64,000 nucleotides of DNA from positions 61,266,868 to 61,330,867 of the forward strand of contig NC_090401.1 in NCBI RefSeq assembly GCF_036365525.1, read 5' to 3'. This DNA comes from Heterodontus francisci (taxonomy: Eukaryota). Made by a program: the position numbers and the translations under genes. Positions 25,020 through 39,479 of the stretch are shown here, in pieces (position 1 is the stretch's first letter; each line of letters starts with the position of its first letter). A model generated the notes under the pieces. The model ran no database searches. It had not been told where the DNA came from and saw only the letters and a list, made by a program, of their open reading frames with translations.

Positions 25020-27037
25020 GGCATAAGTAGATTCCAACAAGTGTGAAAGGTAGAGGAACCAAAAAAAGGGATCCTTGGATGACGAGGGAGATAGAGATTA
25101 TGATGAAACAAAAAAAGAGGGTGTATGATACATGTCACGTGAATTCTTCAAGTGAGGAACAGGCCACATATAACAAGTTGAGAGGGGAGTTGAAGAGGAA
25201 AATGAGAATAGAATGGCAGTTAACATAAAAGGGACCCAAAAACCTTCTACTGGCATGTAAATAGTAAGCAAGCAGTAAGAAGTGCAGTGGGGCCTATTAG
25301 GGACAAAGAGGGTAATGTATGCTTAGAGGTGAAAGGAAAAACTAGAATAATTAATGAGTACCTTGTATCGGTGATTACTAAGGAAGTGGAATCTGACAAA
25401 ATATCGTGTGAAGTGCAGAGAGAAGAGGCAATGGAGCAGGTAAAAATTGAGAGGGAGGAGGTACTGGAATGGCTGACTACGCTTAGGTAGATAAGTCACC
25501 TGGTCTGGATGGCTTGCATCCCAAGTTGCTAAAGGAAGGGGTGGAAATATAGGAAGGCTTTCCATAATCTTCCAATCTTCCCTAGATATGGGGGAGATGC
25601 CAGTGGATTGGAGAATGGCAAATGGCAACCTTATTCAAAAAAGGGTATAAGGACAGTCCTAGCAACTACCAGTTAGTTTAACATCAGTGGTGGGTAAAGT
25701 TTTAGAAACAATAATCAGGGGAAAAAATCAACAGGCACTTGGAGAGGTATGAATCAATTAAGGATAGCCAGCATGGATTTGTAAAAGGCAGATCATGCTT
25801 GATTAATCTAATTGAATTGAATTTTGATGAAGCAACAGAAGGTTGATGAAGGGAACACAGTGGATGTTATCTCTTTGGACTTTAAGAAAGCGTTTGATAA
25901 AATACCACATAAAAGGCTGGTTAACAAAATTGAGGCTCGTGGAAAAGGAGAGTCAGTGTCCAATTGGATAAAAACTTGGCTTAAGGACAGAAAACAATGA
26001 GTTGTATTAAATGGTTGTTTTTCAGACTGGAGGATGGCGGACAGTGATGTTCCCAAGGGTCAATGCTAGGACCACTGGTTTTTTTTGCTAACTCTAAATG
26101 GCTTAGATATTGAAGTGCAGAGTAGAATTTCAAAATTTGCCGCTGATACCAAACTTAGAGGAGTGGCAAACAGTGAAGATGATACAAACTGCCTGCAACA
26201 GGACATAGATAGGCTGGCAGAATGGGCAATCAAGTGGCAGATGGAATTTAATACAGACAAGTGTGAGGTGATGCATTTTGACAGAAGGGATAGGGAGAGG
26301 CACTATAGACTTAATGGTACAGTTCTAAAGAGTGTGCAGGAACAGAGGGACCTGGTGTTGCATGTGCATAGATCTTTGAAGGTGGCAGGACAAAATGAGA
26401 GAGTCGTTAGCAAAGAATAGGGATCTTGGGTTTCATAAATAGAGGCATAGAGAACAAAAGCAGGGAAGTTATGCTGAACCTTTATAAAGCTCTGATTAGG
26501 CCCCAACGCCCAGTTCTGTTCAGCACATTTTAGGAAGGATTTGAGGGTCCTTGGGAGGGTGCAGAGGAGATTGAACAGAATGGTGCCAGGGATGGAGGAT
26601 TTTAGTTACAAGATGAGGTTGGAAAAGTTGGGGTTGTTCTCCTGGAGCAAAGGAAATTGATGCGAGATTTGATGGAGGTGTACAAGATTATGACAGACTT
26701 AGATCAACTAGACAAGGAAAAGCTGTTCCCATTAGCTGATGTTACAAGGACTAGGGGACACAGATTGAATGTTTTGGGCAAGAGATGCAGGGGATTGTGA
26801 GGAAGAACTTTTTTATGCAGCGGGTGGTAATGACCTGGAACTCGCTGCCCACAAGGGTGGTGGAAGTGGAGACAATCAATGACTTCAAAAGGAAATTGGA
26901 TGGGCACTGAAGGAAATAAACTTACAGGGCTATGAGGATCAAGCAGAGAATGGAATTGACTGGATTGCTCTGACAGCCAACATGGACTCAATGAGCCGAA
27001 TGGCCTCCTTCTATGTCATAAGTGACTCTTTGATTCT
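25020..27037 (+). mobile_element. CR1 LINE ORF2 3' portion, degraded
   Basis: RT fragments (KFAADTKL, LQQDIDRL, WQMEFN) and a CR1 3' UTR. Confidence 0.9.
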
Positions 27038-27069
27038 AAAGATCCAAAAACCAAAATAAGCAATGAATA

Positions 27070-27575
27070 GGTGTCAGTCTTGGCTTAGTGGTGGAACTCA
27101 TCTCTCTGAGCCCAAAGTTCATAGGTTCAAGCCCCATTGCAGAGACTTGAGCACATAATATAGGCTGACACTTCAGCAAAGTGCTGCACAGTTAGAAATG
27201 CTGTCTTTTGGATGCGATGCTAAGTGCCTTCTCTCTCAGTGGGTGTAAAAGATTTCTTGACACTATTTAAAGAAGAGTAGGGGAGTTGTTCTGCCCTGCA
27301 TTTATCCCTCAATCATAATCATTAAAAAAGAGCATCTGGTCATTTATCAAATTGCTATTTCTGGGATCTTGCTTTGCACAAATGTGCACCCCTCCACTGC
27401 CTTTGTTCGGCGGAGAGTTTCACCCGTTGTGACTTTTTTTTATTAGAATAAAACCACCCAGTTTGTATATTGAAGCGGTGGCTTCATGTGTATCTCTACA
27501 TGACAACAAATGTTCATTGTCAAGTGATTTTGGAGATTCAAAGATTGTGAAAGGCACTAAATAAAGTTAGCTTAA
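27070..27575 (+). mobile_element. Deu-domain SINE (SacSINE1/AmnSINE1-like)
   Basis: tRNA-like head (tggcttagtgg...ggttcaagccc), Deu-type core (aggctgacact...gtgctgcac...gtgtaaaagat) and L2-like tail. Confidence 0.65.
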
Positions 27576-28399
27576 TTTGTAGGATTATTTGGAAGTGAAA
27601 AATAACCTGCTCATTTAAACAATTTCTCAAATTAATTCCTTTTCGTCACACATTACGCAATGTAGCTACATCCACATTTCAACAGATGCAGGTCAGTGCA
27701 ACAATAAATATTAATAACTGCAATTTCCCTTTTTGGGAAGCTGGACCTTATGCTTTCCGTTTCCCAATTTTTTTTTTTGTTTAATTAAAAATAAATGTGG
27801 CCAGATAAAACAAGTTATTGAACTGACTCCTTACACAGTTCAAATAAAACATTATATGATTAATAAAAAAAGCCCTACTGTGCATTTTTTTAAAATTTAG
27901 AATACTGAAAAAGCCTTCTGTGATGCACCACACTGATGCACTAATCTCCTGGGTTGTCAAGGGTTACATCCATATTATAAAATAAACACAGTGTAGTCAG
28001 CCCATACGTGTGAATACCAATCAGATTGCGTCTCAAACGTGGGCTTGTACCAAGATTCCTATACTGAACATTCAGTCAAGAACATGATTCTATGGGCTGT
28101 TTTCACCCACCTAATTGTGGCAGATCACAAAATGGTATCTGGGATTGCCAGTACAGTGTGGAAAATACCGTCATTTGAGAAAATCAGAAAGAGAGAAAAG
28201 TAACAATAATCATGGAAGTAAAGAAAAAACTCTGATTTAAGAAAACCAAAGAAAGACAGATGACTAATATCAATCAGTTAAATGAAGCAAAACTTAGAAT
28301 ATCCTTTAATAATGCATTGTGTCTATTTAAAGCTGTCTTCTAAATAGGTTTCAACTTTTTCTCCCAAACAAGTCACAACTTTTCTCTTATTGATATCAC

Positions 28400-31225
28400 T
28401 ATGTAGTAGTAGTTCCACATTCTCACCACTCTTTGGGTAAAAAGTTTCTCCTGTTGGATTTATGAGCAACTATCTTATATTAATGACCTCTAGTTTTGGC
28501 CTCCTGCAAATGGAAACATCTTTTCTTCATCAACCCGATCAAAGTTGGATCCTGTCCTCAATGCAGCTTGCAGAACTATTACTGGCTGCCTGAAACCTAC
28601 TAAAGTGGACAAAGATAGATTGGAGAAGTTGGGACTGTTTTCCTTGGAGAAGAGAAGGCCAAGAGGAGATTTGTCGAGGTATTCAAAATCATGAGTGGTC
28701 TGGACAGAGTAGATAGAGAGAAACTGTTCCTACTTGTGGAAGGATCAAAAACGAGAGGGAACAGATTTTAGGTAATTGACAAAAGAAGCAATGGCAACAT
28801 GAAGAAAAAAATTTTCACGCAGTGAGTGGTTAGGATCTGGAATGCACTGCCAGAGAATGTGGTGGAGGCAGGTTCAATCGAGGCATTCAAAAGGGAATTG
28901 GATAGTTACTTGAAAAGGAAGAATGTACAGGGCTGTGGGGAGAAGGCGGGGGAATGGCACTAAGTGATCTGCTTGCTAGGAGAGCCGGTGCGTCATGATG
29001 GGCCAAATGGCCTTCTTCTGTGCTGTAACAATTCTGTGAGGATGCCCTCTACTACCAGAGCCATGCAGCCCTGAAGATCTGAAGGCCTTCAACTGTTGAG
29101 CCAAAGCCTGCGTGGAACAGTGACGAGGGAAGGTGTAGTGACACAACAAGACCCTATCAAAGCCCTTCTTAATTTTAAAGACCTCAATTAGATTACCCCT
29201 CAGCCTTCTCTTCTCTAGAGAAAAGAGCTCCAGCCTGTTCAATCTTTCCTGATATTTATACCTTCTCAGTTCTGGTATCAAATTGCAAATCTTTTTAAAA
29301 AGATGATTAAAGGCAAAATTTTGTGGGAAAACATTTCTTTCTATAAACAGATGAATTGTATTTATAATATATAAAATGTACTGGACACAAAATGAATTCA
29401 GCTTATCTTGTTCCAAATTTAGAATTACAATTTCACTGTGAAAAGCATTGGGTGAAACCCAATCTGCGATGTCATAGAGCCTAGGCTGACATTGAGACTG
29501 AAACCAGGGAGCTCTTCTTCCAACATGTTTAGAATCAGTAGCAGAATCAGTTTGAAATAAAAACCCAAACGGGCATCCACAAATGAAGAACGTAGGTGGG
29601 CCTGCTATAAAGGAATATTGTTCCCCTTAATATTCTTCTATTGTTCCTGCAAAGCTACACTCATTTCCTCTTCCCTGCATTCTCACTGTATATACTCAGG
29701 AGTTAGCTCACTCCCACACTAACACATTCTTCCCCAAGAACTTGAAACTGTGGAATTCCTCAACTATTCCTTTCTCCTGCATACAGATTTTCAACACCTA
29801 AACTTGTGATAGCTCTTTGTTAAGATCTCTCAATTACACGGACATTCGATCCAACTGGTCTAGGCCAGTGTTTATGCTCCACACGAGTCTCCTCCCATCC
29901 CTCTTCACCTTCTATTCCTTTCTCCCTCCTGTATTTATCCAGCTTTCCCTCAAATCATTCTATACTATTCGCCTTAACCACTCCATATGGTAGTGCGTGC
30001 CATATTCTCACCACATTCTGAGTAAAGAGTCATAGAGTCATATACAGCACAGAAGCAGACCATTTGGCCCATCGAGTCCATGCCTATGCAGACAGTCCCA
30101 CTCCCCGGCTTGATCTCCGTAGCCCTGCAAGTCTACTTCCCTTAAGTGGCCATCCAACCTCCTCTTGAAGCCATTGATTGTCTCTGCTTCCACCACCCTT
30201 GTGGGCAGTGAGTTCCAGGTCATTACCACCTGCTGCAAAAAAAAGTTCTTCCTCATATTCCCCCTGCATCTTTTGCCTAAAACTTTCAATCTGTGTCTCC
30301 TAGTCCTTGTACCATTTGTTAATGGGAACAATTTTTCTTTGTCTAATTTATCTAAGCCTGTCATAATCATGTACACTTCTCTTAAATATGCCCTCAATCT
30401 CCTTTGTTCTAAGAAGGACAAACCTAGCTTTTCCAACCTAACCTTGTAATTAAAATCCACCATCCTTGAAATTATTTCGGTAAATCTCCTCTGCACCCTC
30501 TCAAGGACCCTCAGATCCTTCCTGAAGCGTGGTAACCAGAACTGGACGCGATACTCCAGCTGGGACCTTACCAGAGCTTTATAAAGGTTCAGCATAACTT
30601 CCTTGCTTTAGTACTCAATGCCTCTATTTATGAAGCCCAAGATCCCACGTGCTTTACTCACCACTCTCTCGCTATGTTCTGTCACTTTCAAACATGCACT
30701 CCCAGGGTTCCTATTGGATTTATTAGTGACTGTCTTATATTTATGGCCTTTCGTTTTGGTCTTTCCCGCAAGTGGAAACATTTTCTCTATGTAAAACTTA
30801 TCAAACTCCTTAATATTAAAGACCTCAATCAGGTCATCCCTTAGGCTTCTCTTTTCTAGAGGTATGAACCCCAGCCTGTTCAATGTTCCCTGATAGTCCT
30901 GGTATCATCCTTGCACATCTTTTAAAAAAGATGATTAAAGACAACATTTCTGGAGAAGTGTTCTTTTCTATATCAGATGAGTTGTATTTTTAATCTATAA
31001 GAATCACAGGGCATAAAATAAATTCAGCTTACCTTGTTTTAAATTTGGAATCACAATTTCCCTGTAGAAAGTATTGGGTGAAAACGCCGTCTGAAATGTC
31101 CTGATCTGATATTGAGACTGAAACCAGGGAGCTCGTCTTCAATCAGCAGCAGAACCAGTTTGAAATAAAAACCCAAAGAGGCATCCACAAGTGAAGAATG
31201 TAGGTGGACCAGCTATAAAGGAACA
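28400..31225. repeat. Old local tandem duplication (units about 28400-29620 and 29840-31225), each an old CR1 piece plus a unique block, later split by different CR1 insertions
   Basis: 29290-29615 aligns by eye with 30920-31222 (aaaagatgattaaag, aattcagctta, attgagactgaaaccagggagctc, cagtttgaaataaaa, gcatccacaa, gctataaaggaa). Confidence 0.8.
30025..30700 (-). mobile_element. CR1 3' fragment
   Basis: ORF 30038-30595 LEYRVQFWLP...WNSLP. Confidence 0.85.
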
Positions 31226-31496
31226 AATATTTTCTTATGACATTACAATACTTTTGCAATATGGTTCAGATGAATTCTGTAAAAGCATTCGGTCACCTTT
31301 GGTATTGCAAACACCTCATTATAATACATTATTACAGGTGTGTAATTGTTAGTGAGTTGTTTGGAAGTACTATATATCCTTTTTAAATGCAGAATAATGA
31401 ATGGCCAGGGTTGCTGATATAACAACATTTTTATCATTTTTATCATTTTTTGGAGTGGCATGGCAATTCCATGCTGTACCAAATAATATTTTTTAA

Positions 31497-31796
31497 AATT
31501 CTTTCATGGGATGTGGGCATCTCTGGAAGGCCAGCATTTGTTACCCATCCCTAATTGCCCTTGAACTGAGTGGCTTGCTAGGCCATTTCAGAGGGCATTT
31601 AAGAGTCAACCACATTGGATCTGGAGTCACATGTCAGCCAGACCAGGTAAGGACAGCAGATTTCCTTCCCTAAAGAACATTAGTGAACCAGATGGGGTTT
31701 TACAACAATTGACAATGGTTTCGTTGTTCCTTTAAACTAGCTTTTTTAAATTCCAGGTTTATTAATTGAACTTAAATTTCACCATCTGCCATGGTG
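31497..31796 (-). mobile_element. 5'-truncated tRNA-derived SINE with a LINE-derived tail
   Basis: Closely matches 48840-49135. Confidence 0.75.
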
Positions 31797-32559
31797 TGAC
31801 TGTTGATGGAAGACTTTCTGTTCTCATCATTAGCATTCCTATTTTTGAATGGATTGGTGTATATTATAAGGAAACTCTGTGCAATTTATATTCAATCACA
31901 ATATTGTTTTTTTCTTCAAGGTGGGGAGTTTTATCACATCAAGTAAGTTCAACTGTTCAATATCATTATTTAACTATCTACACTGAGAGATTACTGCTGT
32001 TGTCCAAACAAAAAAAAAGTAGGTTGGGAGTGACACCTTCCAAAACAAGGGTCAGTAAAGGAATTTGGGCCTGAAATTCCACTTTTTTGGTGCAAAAACA
32101 ATGTAGTTCTGGCATAGGGGCATAGTAATTTGAGACACAATGCCCAGTTACACTTAGCCTAAAATACACACTAAATTCTGCTGGAATTGGCTACTGACAA
32201 ACAATGGGCCCATGTTGCAAGTACATGATGGAATAATGAGATCAAGGGTTGCTATCCAGAAATTCAAGCATGCATGCAGAATTGCACCTGACTTTCATTA
32301 AGCTTGTATAATAGAGCAGTGAATTACCTGCATGACCTGTCAAACAAGGAGGTGACTGAGTCCACAAACAGGCTTAGAATGTCCACAGATTTTGTCTGAA
32401 GCAATTCGAAAAATATTTTCTCAGCTGCATAACTGAAAAGGAATTCTTCACAATACCTTTCAGCAGTTTCAGACAGGGGAATCTTTTTCTCCACCCTCCT
32501 GTTACAGAGGCCTTACCACAGGGCTAACATAAGCATTCTCATATATGTCCTTATAATGG

Positions 32560-34000
32560 GGGCACAGAAGCAGGAAGAAGAGGAAATGAGAGAAACAATA
32601 ACAATGAAAAAGGTAACCAATTAGGAGAAACCCTTCCACCAGAGTCTACAGACCATCTATCCCTTGATGATGTCTCAGAAGAAGTCTTCTAAGGAGACAA
32701 TGATTCAAATAAGGAGGCAGAAACTGACCTCCAAATATCCTGCAAACACAGAAAAAAAAGAACAGACTTACTTCAGAATACAAAATGATTTAGCTGTGCA
32801 CATAGCATGCTTACTACCACTGAGCCTAACACTGGTGCCATGCCGTGCCATTCGTAAACCTCTCCTGGTGTTACACCAAGAGATACCCAAGGGCCAGATT
32901 ACTAAAAGCTTTCCTGGATTTCAAGGCAAGGACTGATAATTTCAAAGGTTTGGCTCACTGACGAGGATGGTCTAAAACATCAGATTAAAAATAATCTAAG
33001 ATAAGACTTTTTTTTTTAAAAAGGAGATTGTACCTATACCAGCCAATCATTCACAGAGGATCAGTAATCACTGTGTTGATGGCTGTAGTCCTTTGTGCTT
33101 GAAGATGATGACCTCATTGGAAATACAAACAGTCTTGATGAATTCTCTGATGACTATGAAAGCAAAATGAGAGGAACAAACTCTTCTGCACATTTCAAAG
33201 ACCAAAAACTTGTCTGGGGTCAAAACCTTTCTGGTGTTCACACTTCTGCTGCTTTCAGTGCTGAGATCAGTGCTGGTACTTAGTGGCTGACACAACAACT
33301 TACAAATATATAGCTGCTTTAACATAGAAAAACATCACACGGCACTCTGCAGAGGCGTAATCACAAAGATTGGCACCAAGTCAAAGGAACCGTGGCCAAA
33401 AGCTTGTCAAAGAGGTGGATTTTGAAGAGAGTCTTGCTTGCCAACTCATGTAATCAGCCACAAGATTTTACCTACTGGCAGCATAACTTCTTTAGCTGTC
33501 CACCTGTTTCAACTCAATGTACATGATCTTTCTTGGCATTCTGGAATCCTCTATCATTATTACATGTTCTGATCAATGCAGTTGTTCTTCCAGCAGCATG
33601 GCCTCGGCAGCAAATGTCTGATTATGCTGGAATGTCTTGCAGTTGGTAATGCCATAAGATGCCTAGAGCAGGGTATTTGCAGATGCATCCACTCAACTGG
33701 GATGCTTTTCACTTGAGTAGACTACAAGCCTCAATAAAGATCACAGGGGAGATCAGAGGTGAGCTTCTGTTCACAGATGCCTGCGTGCTAGGGATACGCA
33801 TTAAAAAGTATCAGCAGCCTAACTGGCTTTCAGCAGCAGCAAGTAACCATAGCATTATCATAAGCCTGAAGAAAGAGATAGTGCTTCAGGTGTCGGGCAA
33901 GTGCTACACCAAACCCACCATCACCACTGGTAATACTGAAACAACTGGTGACAGCTGGTAATCAATGCAATATCACTGTGTTAGAAATCATCAACTTTAG
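32560..34000. mobile_element. Highly decayed Harbinger remnant (HARBI1-like N-terminus on +, Myb-like piece on -)
   Basis: Near 32640-32730 reads RVYRP...LDDVSEE...RR, resembling Harbinger transposase N-termini. Many stops and frameshifts. Confidence 0.35.
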
Positions 34001-34728
34001 TTCATAACAGACCAAAATTACATAGGGTAAATTTGCACTACAACTTTATAAAGCAGTTTCCATCTTGTACTGATGCTAAAGTTGTTGTGTATGTCCAGAG
34101 TTAGGTCCTGACCTGACATTGAGGGAAGTGGAGTGAAACTCCTTGGAGCGGGTAGATTCACACAGCTTTGGTTTGACACTGTTTGGCACATATTACAGCC
34201 AGTTTAATTTGGATTTATGCTTCATGTACTGTCAAATCAGGTGCAAAAAGAGCCAAACCATTTCCCTTGAACCTTCTGGACAGTTTATAAAACTAACAAT
34301 ATGGGCACTACTGCCTGCTCCGTCCAAACATTTAAAATGTAATTATTGGAGGAGGAGCTCTGCCTTTAAGCATGGATGCAGACTTCTGACCTGGGCGTAC
34401 AATGGAAGTTACTGCCAGACAGTGTGAATCAGGAAGCAAAGGAACTGCAGATGTTGAAATTCTGAAATGAAAAATGAAAATACTGGACACACAGAGCAGA
34501 TCAGACAGCCTCCGTGTAGAGAAAAGATAAGGTAATGATTCGGGTGCATACCTTTCTGGTCAGGTATAATAATAGAAGGCGATGGTGGCATAGTGGTAAT
34601 GTAAATAGTAATCCAGAAGCCCAGACTAATGCCCTGGTAACCCGGGTTCAAATCCCACCAGGGCAGCTGGTGGAATTTAAATTCAATTAATTAATACAAA
34701 TCTGGAAATGAAAACTAGTCTCAATAAT

Positions 34729-36010
34729 GGGGCTGGATTTTAAGGAGCCCTTGACATCCGAATGCGTGGCAGGGGGCTGAAAGATGACACCGGATGAGGC
34801 CTGCCATGGACCTTGACGCTGGCAGGGCCTGGTCCAATCCTCCCAGCTGCAGCAAGGCGCTACAGTGGCCTCCCCACTGCTGGGCGAAGGGATTACAATT
34901 TAAATCAGTTAAATTAATTAATTTAAATATACTTACGCCTTCTCTTGATGTCCCACCATGATCTTTGACCTTGCAGCTGGCACTCCCGCACCTTCAGATC
35001 CCCGTCCGGGGAAATGAGGCACAACACTGCTGGGGAGGGGGAAGGAAGTAACTTTATCAATGCGGTGGGGTGGGGGAGAGGGGTGGTGGTGGGTGGACGA
35101 GGTCAAATTAATGTCATGGGTGTAGAGGATGGTGGGAAGGGTTGTAGTTTAAGGTTTGTGCAGTTTTGGGGGGGAAGGTCAGATGGTAAAGGTAAGTGTT
35201 TTGTGAAGGGAAGAGCAAATCATTAATTTTATTGTTATTGGTGGGGTGGGAGAGGGGCAAAAGAAATGTATTTATTTAATTTAATTCAATCTTTCTTTAA
35301 CTATTTAAATAAGCCGGTCAGGCTAATAGGCCTTTAAAGATGGCGTCAGTGCCTGTGCACAGGCAGCTGATGCCATTTTGAGGACTGACAGCCCGCCCCC
35401 TCCATGTGATTGGGTGTTGGGGGAGAGGGGCGGTGACCCGGCTATTTAAAAAAAAATTTTATTCATTCATGTGGACATCGCTGGCTAGGCCAGCATTTAT
35501 TGCCCATCCTTAATTGCCCTTGAGAAGGTGGTGGTGAGCTGCCTTCTTGAACGCTACAGTCTATCTGATGTAGGTACACCCACAGTGCTGTTAGGAAGGG
35601 AGTTCCAGGATTTTGACCCAGCGACAGTGAAGGAACGGTGATATAGTTCCAAGTCAGGATAGTGTGTGACTTGGAGGGGAACTTGCAGGTGGTGATGTTC
35701 CCATGTATTTGCCGTCATTCTCCTTCTAGGTGGTAGAGATCGCGGGTTTGGAAGGTGCTGTCTAAGGAGCCTTGGCGTGTTGCTGCAGTGCATCTTGTAG
35801 ATGGTACACACTGCTGCCACTGTGCGTCGGTGATGGAGGGAGTGAATGTTTGTAGATGTGGTGCCAATCAAACGGGCTGCTTTGTCCTGGATGGTGTCGT
35901 GCTTCTTGAGTGTTGTTGGAGATGCGCCCATCCAGGCAAGTGGAGAGTATTCCATCACAGTCCTCACTTGTGCCTTCTAGATGCCGGCCCTTTTGTAAAA
36001 TTGGGCATGA
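34729..36010. mobile_element. Harbinger-like MITE interrupted by a LINE fragment (35455-35978, -)
   Basis: GGGCTGGATTTTAA left end, internal similarity to 37133-37940, and LINE ORF 35554-35967. Confidence 0.6.
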
Positions 36011-37132
36011 CCCGAATAGAGCAGGTATCTTATAGACCACTGGAGGACACCATCAAAAACTAACCTGAATGTACTATTGTCCTTGGCCCTTCATCAAGAT
36101 TTCTTAATAAAATAACTCTGAAGCACTAGGTAACGCTGGGTATGACATTTATGATGGCACACAATTATCTCTGAGAAAGTGCATTATATTAGTTTCTGTC
36201 TGCCATCCATCCACTGGAACCAGTGCATGATAATAATGGCTGATGTGCTACCACTTAAACGTCATGGCCTGAAAATATCCTGGGGTCTCTCCCATCAGTA
36301 TAAGAGCAGGAATTTCAGGAATGGGGTAATTTGCATAACTGGAACACACCATTTGTGTCTGTAAGGGCACAAGCTGAACCAAGCTAGTCCCCCATTTCAA
36401 GGCACATTGAAGTCCTCTGGAGGCCTAAATGTGCTGAAGAATTTTTTCAGCACTCTGATGAAAGAAGGGAAGAAAGAAAGCCACTGAAAGAAACGCAGCA
36501 ACCAATTTGTGCACAAGTCCAACAACCACTAACAAGATAATGATCAGATAATGTTTTTTTCTTAGTGATGTTGGTTATAAAGTTTGATTTATATAGAATT
36601 GCACACTAGTTTTATGTTGGCGTGCCAAGTATTAACCCGGAATTTGTGGTGAGAATAACAGTTAGGTTAACAGCGATCACCATTATTGTGGAGTAAATCA
36701 GATAGCACCTTCCAGAGTATGGACGTGCACAGTTTATACACAGAAATCTGAAAGTTGCGGTCCGAGTTTCCTTGCTTCTCCACAGGCCAAGCTATAACAG
36801 TATCTTGCCAATAGACTCAGCATTAAAATCAATGTAAGGGCAGGATGTTTCTGTACTTACCAACTAGACATGGCAAAAAAAGGCTATGGCTGGTGTATTC
36901 AAGTGCAAGTGATTTTTTAACGGTGTGATCAGTGATAATCATGACCAAATAATTTTGTTGGCCCTAGTGTTGGAGATCTTAAAAAACAATTGTATTTACT
37001 TTTCTATTTGTCGCTTTTATCCCTTGCTCTCTCTCATAATCATATTTTTTTCCCAATCCTTATATCACTTCCTGTACATGATTTAAATCTAATTTATAAT
37101 GCCAGAATTATACTTCCTGGTTTAGACTTTGT

Positions 37133-37940
37133 GGGCTGGATTTTAAAGGATCCCCGATGCCGGGAACAGTGGCAGTGGGGGCATGAAGATCACAGCGGAT
37201 GAGGCCTGCCACCGACCTCGACGCCGGCAGGGCCTATCCCAATCTCGGCGGTGGCAGTGAGGCCTCATGGTAGCCCCCCACTGCTTGGCGACGGGACCTG
37301 CATTACAATATGCAGATGGGTACTTAGCATTAATTAATATGTAGGCCGCAGCGATTCTGGCGGCAGGTTGAGATCTTCATTCTTGCGGCCAGCAATGCAG
37401 CACCTTCGAATCCCCATTCGGGGAAACGAGGTGCAACACCTGTGGGAGGGGGGCAGGAGGTGATTTTCTCAGTGTTGGGGGGGGAGGGAGTGGGGTCAAA
37501 CGCTTTGGATTGGTTGGGGGAGATAATGGGAAGGGGTTGAGGGTTACAGTTCATGAACTTTGTGGGGGGGGGGAAGTCACGTAGTCAAGGTAAGCATTTT
37601 GGGGGGGAGTGAGTGGGCAAGGCATTAAATGCAAATGTATTTTAAATAATTTTATATATTTTTAAATGGACTGTCACTTTAAAAATTCAACCTGTAGGGC
37701 TCTAAGCCCTTTAAAAATGGAGCCGGCGCCTGCGCAGTGGCCTCGGACAACATCGCGGGGGACAGCTCGTCTGCCCCTTCCACATCATTGAGGGTGGGGG
37801 GCTGGGCAGCCGCCCTGACCATGCTAATGAGCCGCCGTGTTTGGAATTGTGGCAGCTCCGCAATGTGCGCCCCATATGTGCAGGCCGCCATGCTTTTCAC
37901 CCACCGTCTGTTTTGGCGGCGGGTTTTTAAAATGCAGCCC
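37133..37940. mobile_element. Harbinger-like MITE
   Basis: TIRs GGGCTGGATTTTAAA and TTTAAAATGCAGCCC (14/15 match). Flanking trinucleotides TGT/TGC. Confidence 0.75.
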
Positions 37941-39479
37941 TGCAAGTCTCAGTTGAAGAGACTCGTTGTTTCTTGCCCTGCTCACACATGCCATGGAACT
38001 CCTGTAGATGGAGCCATCCATTGACAGTAAGTCTCTGCTCAAAACCCAGTGAAATCTCCGTGGGCAGCTGTCAGCGTAGTGAACAGCAAACGCTTTTCCT
38101 TTGCTACTTACTGTAAAATCCGAGCCTTTATTGTGCCTCAGAACAGTAAAATATAATGCTTTGTCTATAATGCCCATCAGTGTTAATTCTGAGTTGTACC
38201 TGCACTATCAGATGAGGTAGTTGACTGGAAGCTAAATAATTCTTGATTGGAAGAAACGAATATCAGAGAAGAAATCACCTGGACTGCTCTTGTGGTTTGG
38301 GAAAGCCCCAGAATCAGGGCACTGTGCATGCTCACTGGGAAAGGTACATTAAGAAGGAAATGGGAGGGAAATAGGTAAATAAATAATGGTGCAAAAAATG
38401 TAAAAAACTTCAATATCAATCTCGGCAAACTTTTATCAGCTGCATGTAACCATCAAAGAAAAAGCAGAGTATTCAAAAATACCTCATTTATTGGCAGAAT
38501 ATTTGATAATATTAGTAAATTGTCCATGTTATTACTCATAGTCAGTTGATGAATTTTAAGTTTTTTTATATCTTAGATGGAGACTAGGAACAATGGCTTC
38601 AGAAAATATATATGTGAATGTACTTTCTTGAGAATCCATTTAAAAAACTATATAAAAGATCTAGAAAACAAAACACCATTAAATAAAATTATTTTTCTTA
38701 CTCATATACTACCTAGAAAATATTTTTCTCCATCAGGTCAGCTCATCCCTTGGCATCCTCACTCTCAGTTTATCCCCAGTGTCACTCCTTCTCCACTGCC
38801 CTAAGACACTTGACACTCTCAGCTCTCCTGGAAAGTGTTCTGCTCCCTAACAGCTAAATAAGCATATGTGTTGATGCACATGAGGTTTCTTTTTAAAATT
38901 TATGTATCAACTTTCAGTTCTTGTTGTAGCATTTTAGCCCAATTCCAAATCTGCCACCTTGCAAACTCTAATTCCCCATCTGATGCTATGGCCTCCTCGA
39001 ATCCCCAAGCTCCCAATTCAAAATTAATGCAAAAGGAGCACTGTTCGCTTAATCCCTTTGCTCTTCCTAGCAACCTCTACTCCTCTCAAGCACTGTGTAG
39101 TTTTGGCACAGAAAACCCCAGTGATGGCAACTGCAGGTAAAAAGTTACCAAACAGTGCTAAAACACTGTATTGAAACTCCCTGCCAATTCTGAGCTATTT
39201 GTAATGTAAACGAGACTTCCTGCAGGTTACAAAAAAGACTTACATTTATATAGTGCCTTTCACAACCACCAGATGTCTCAAAGCACTCTACAGCGATGAA
39301 GTACTTTTCAAGTGTAGTCACTGTTGTATTGTAGATGTGTTTCACATCAATCTGCTAATGTGCCATTCATACAATTACTGATAATATAACAGTGCAGTGA
39401 GGACTCAGTGAAAATTGTTATTTTTTGTTTACATAGACAAATAGTAACTTAAAAGTAGTCTGTATTTTGCAAAGGCATT

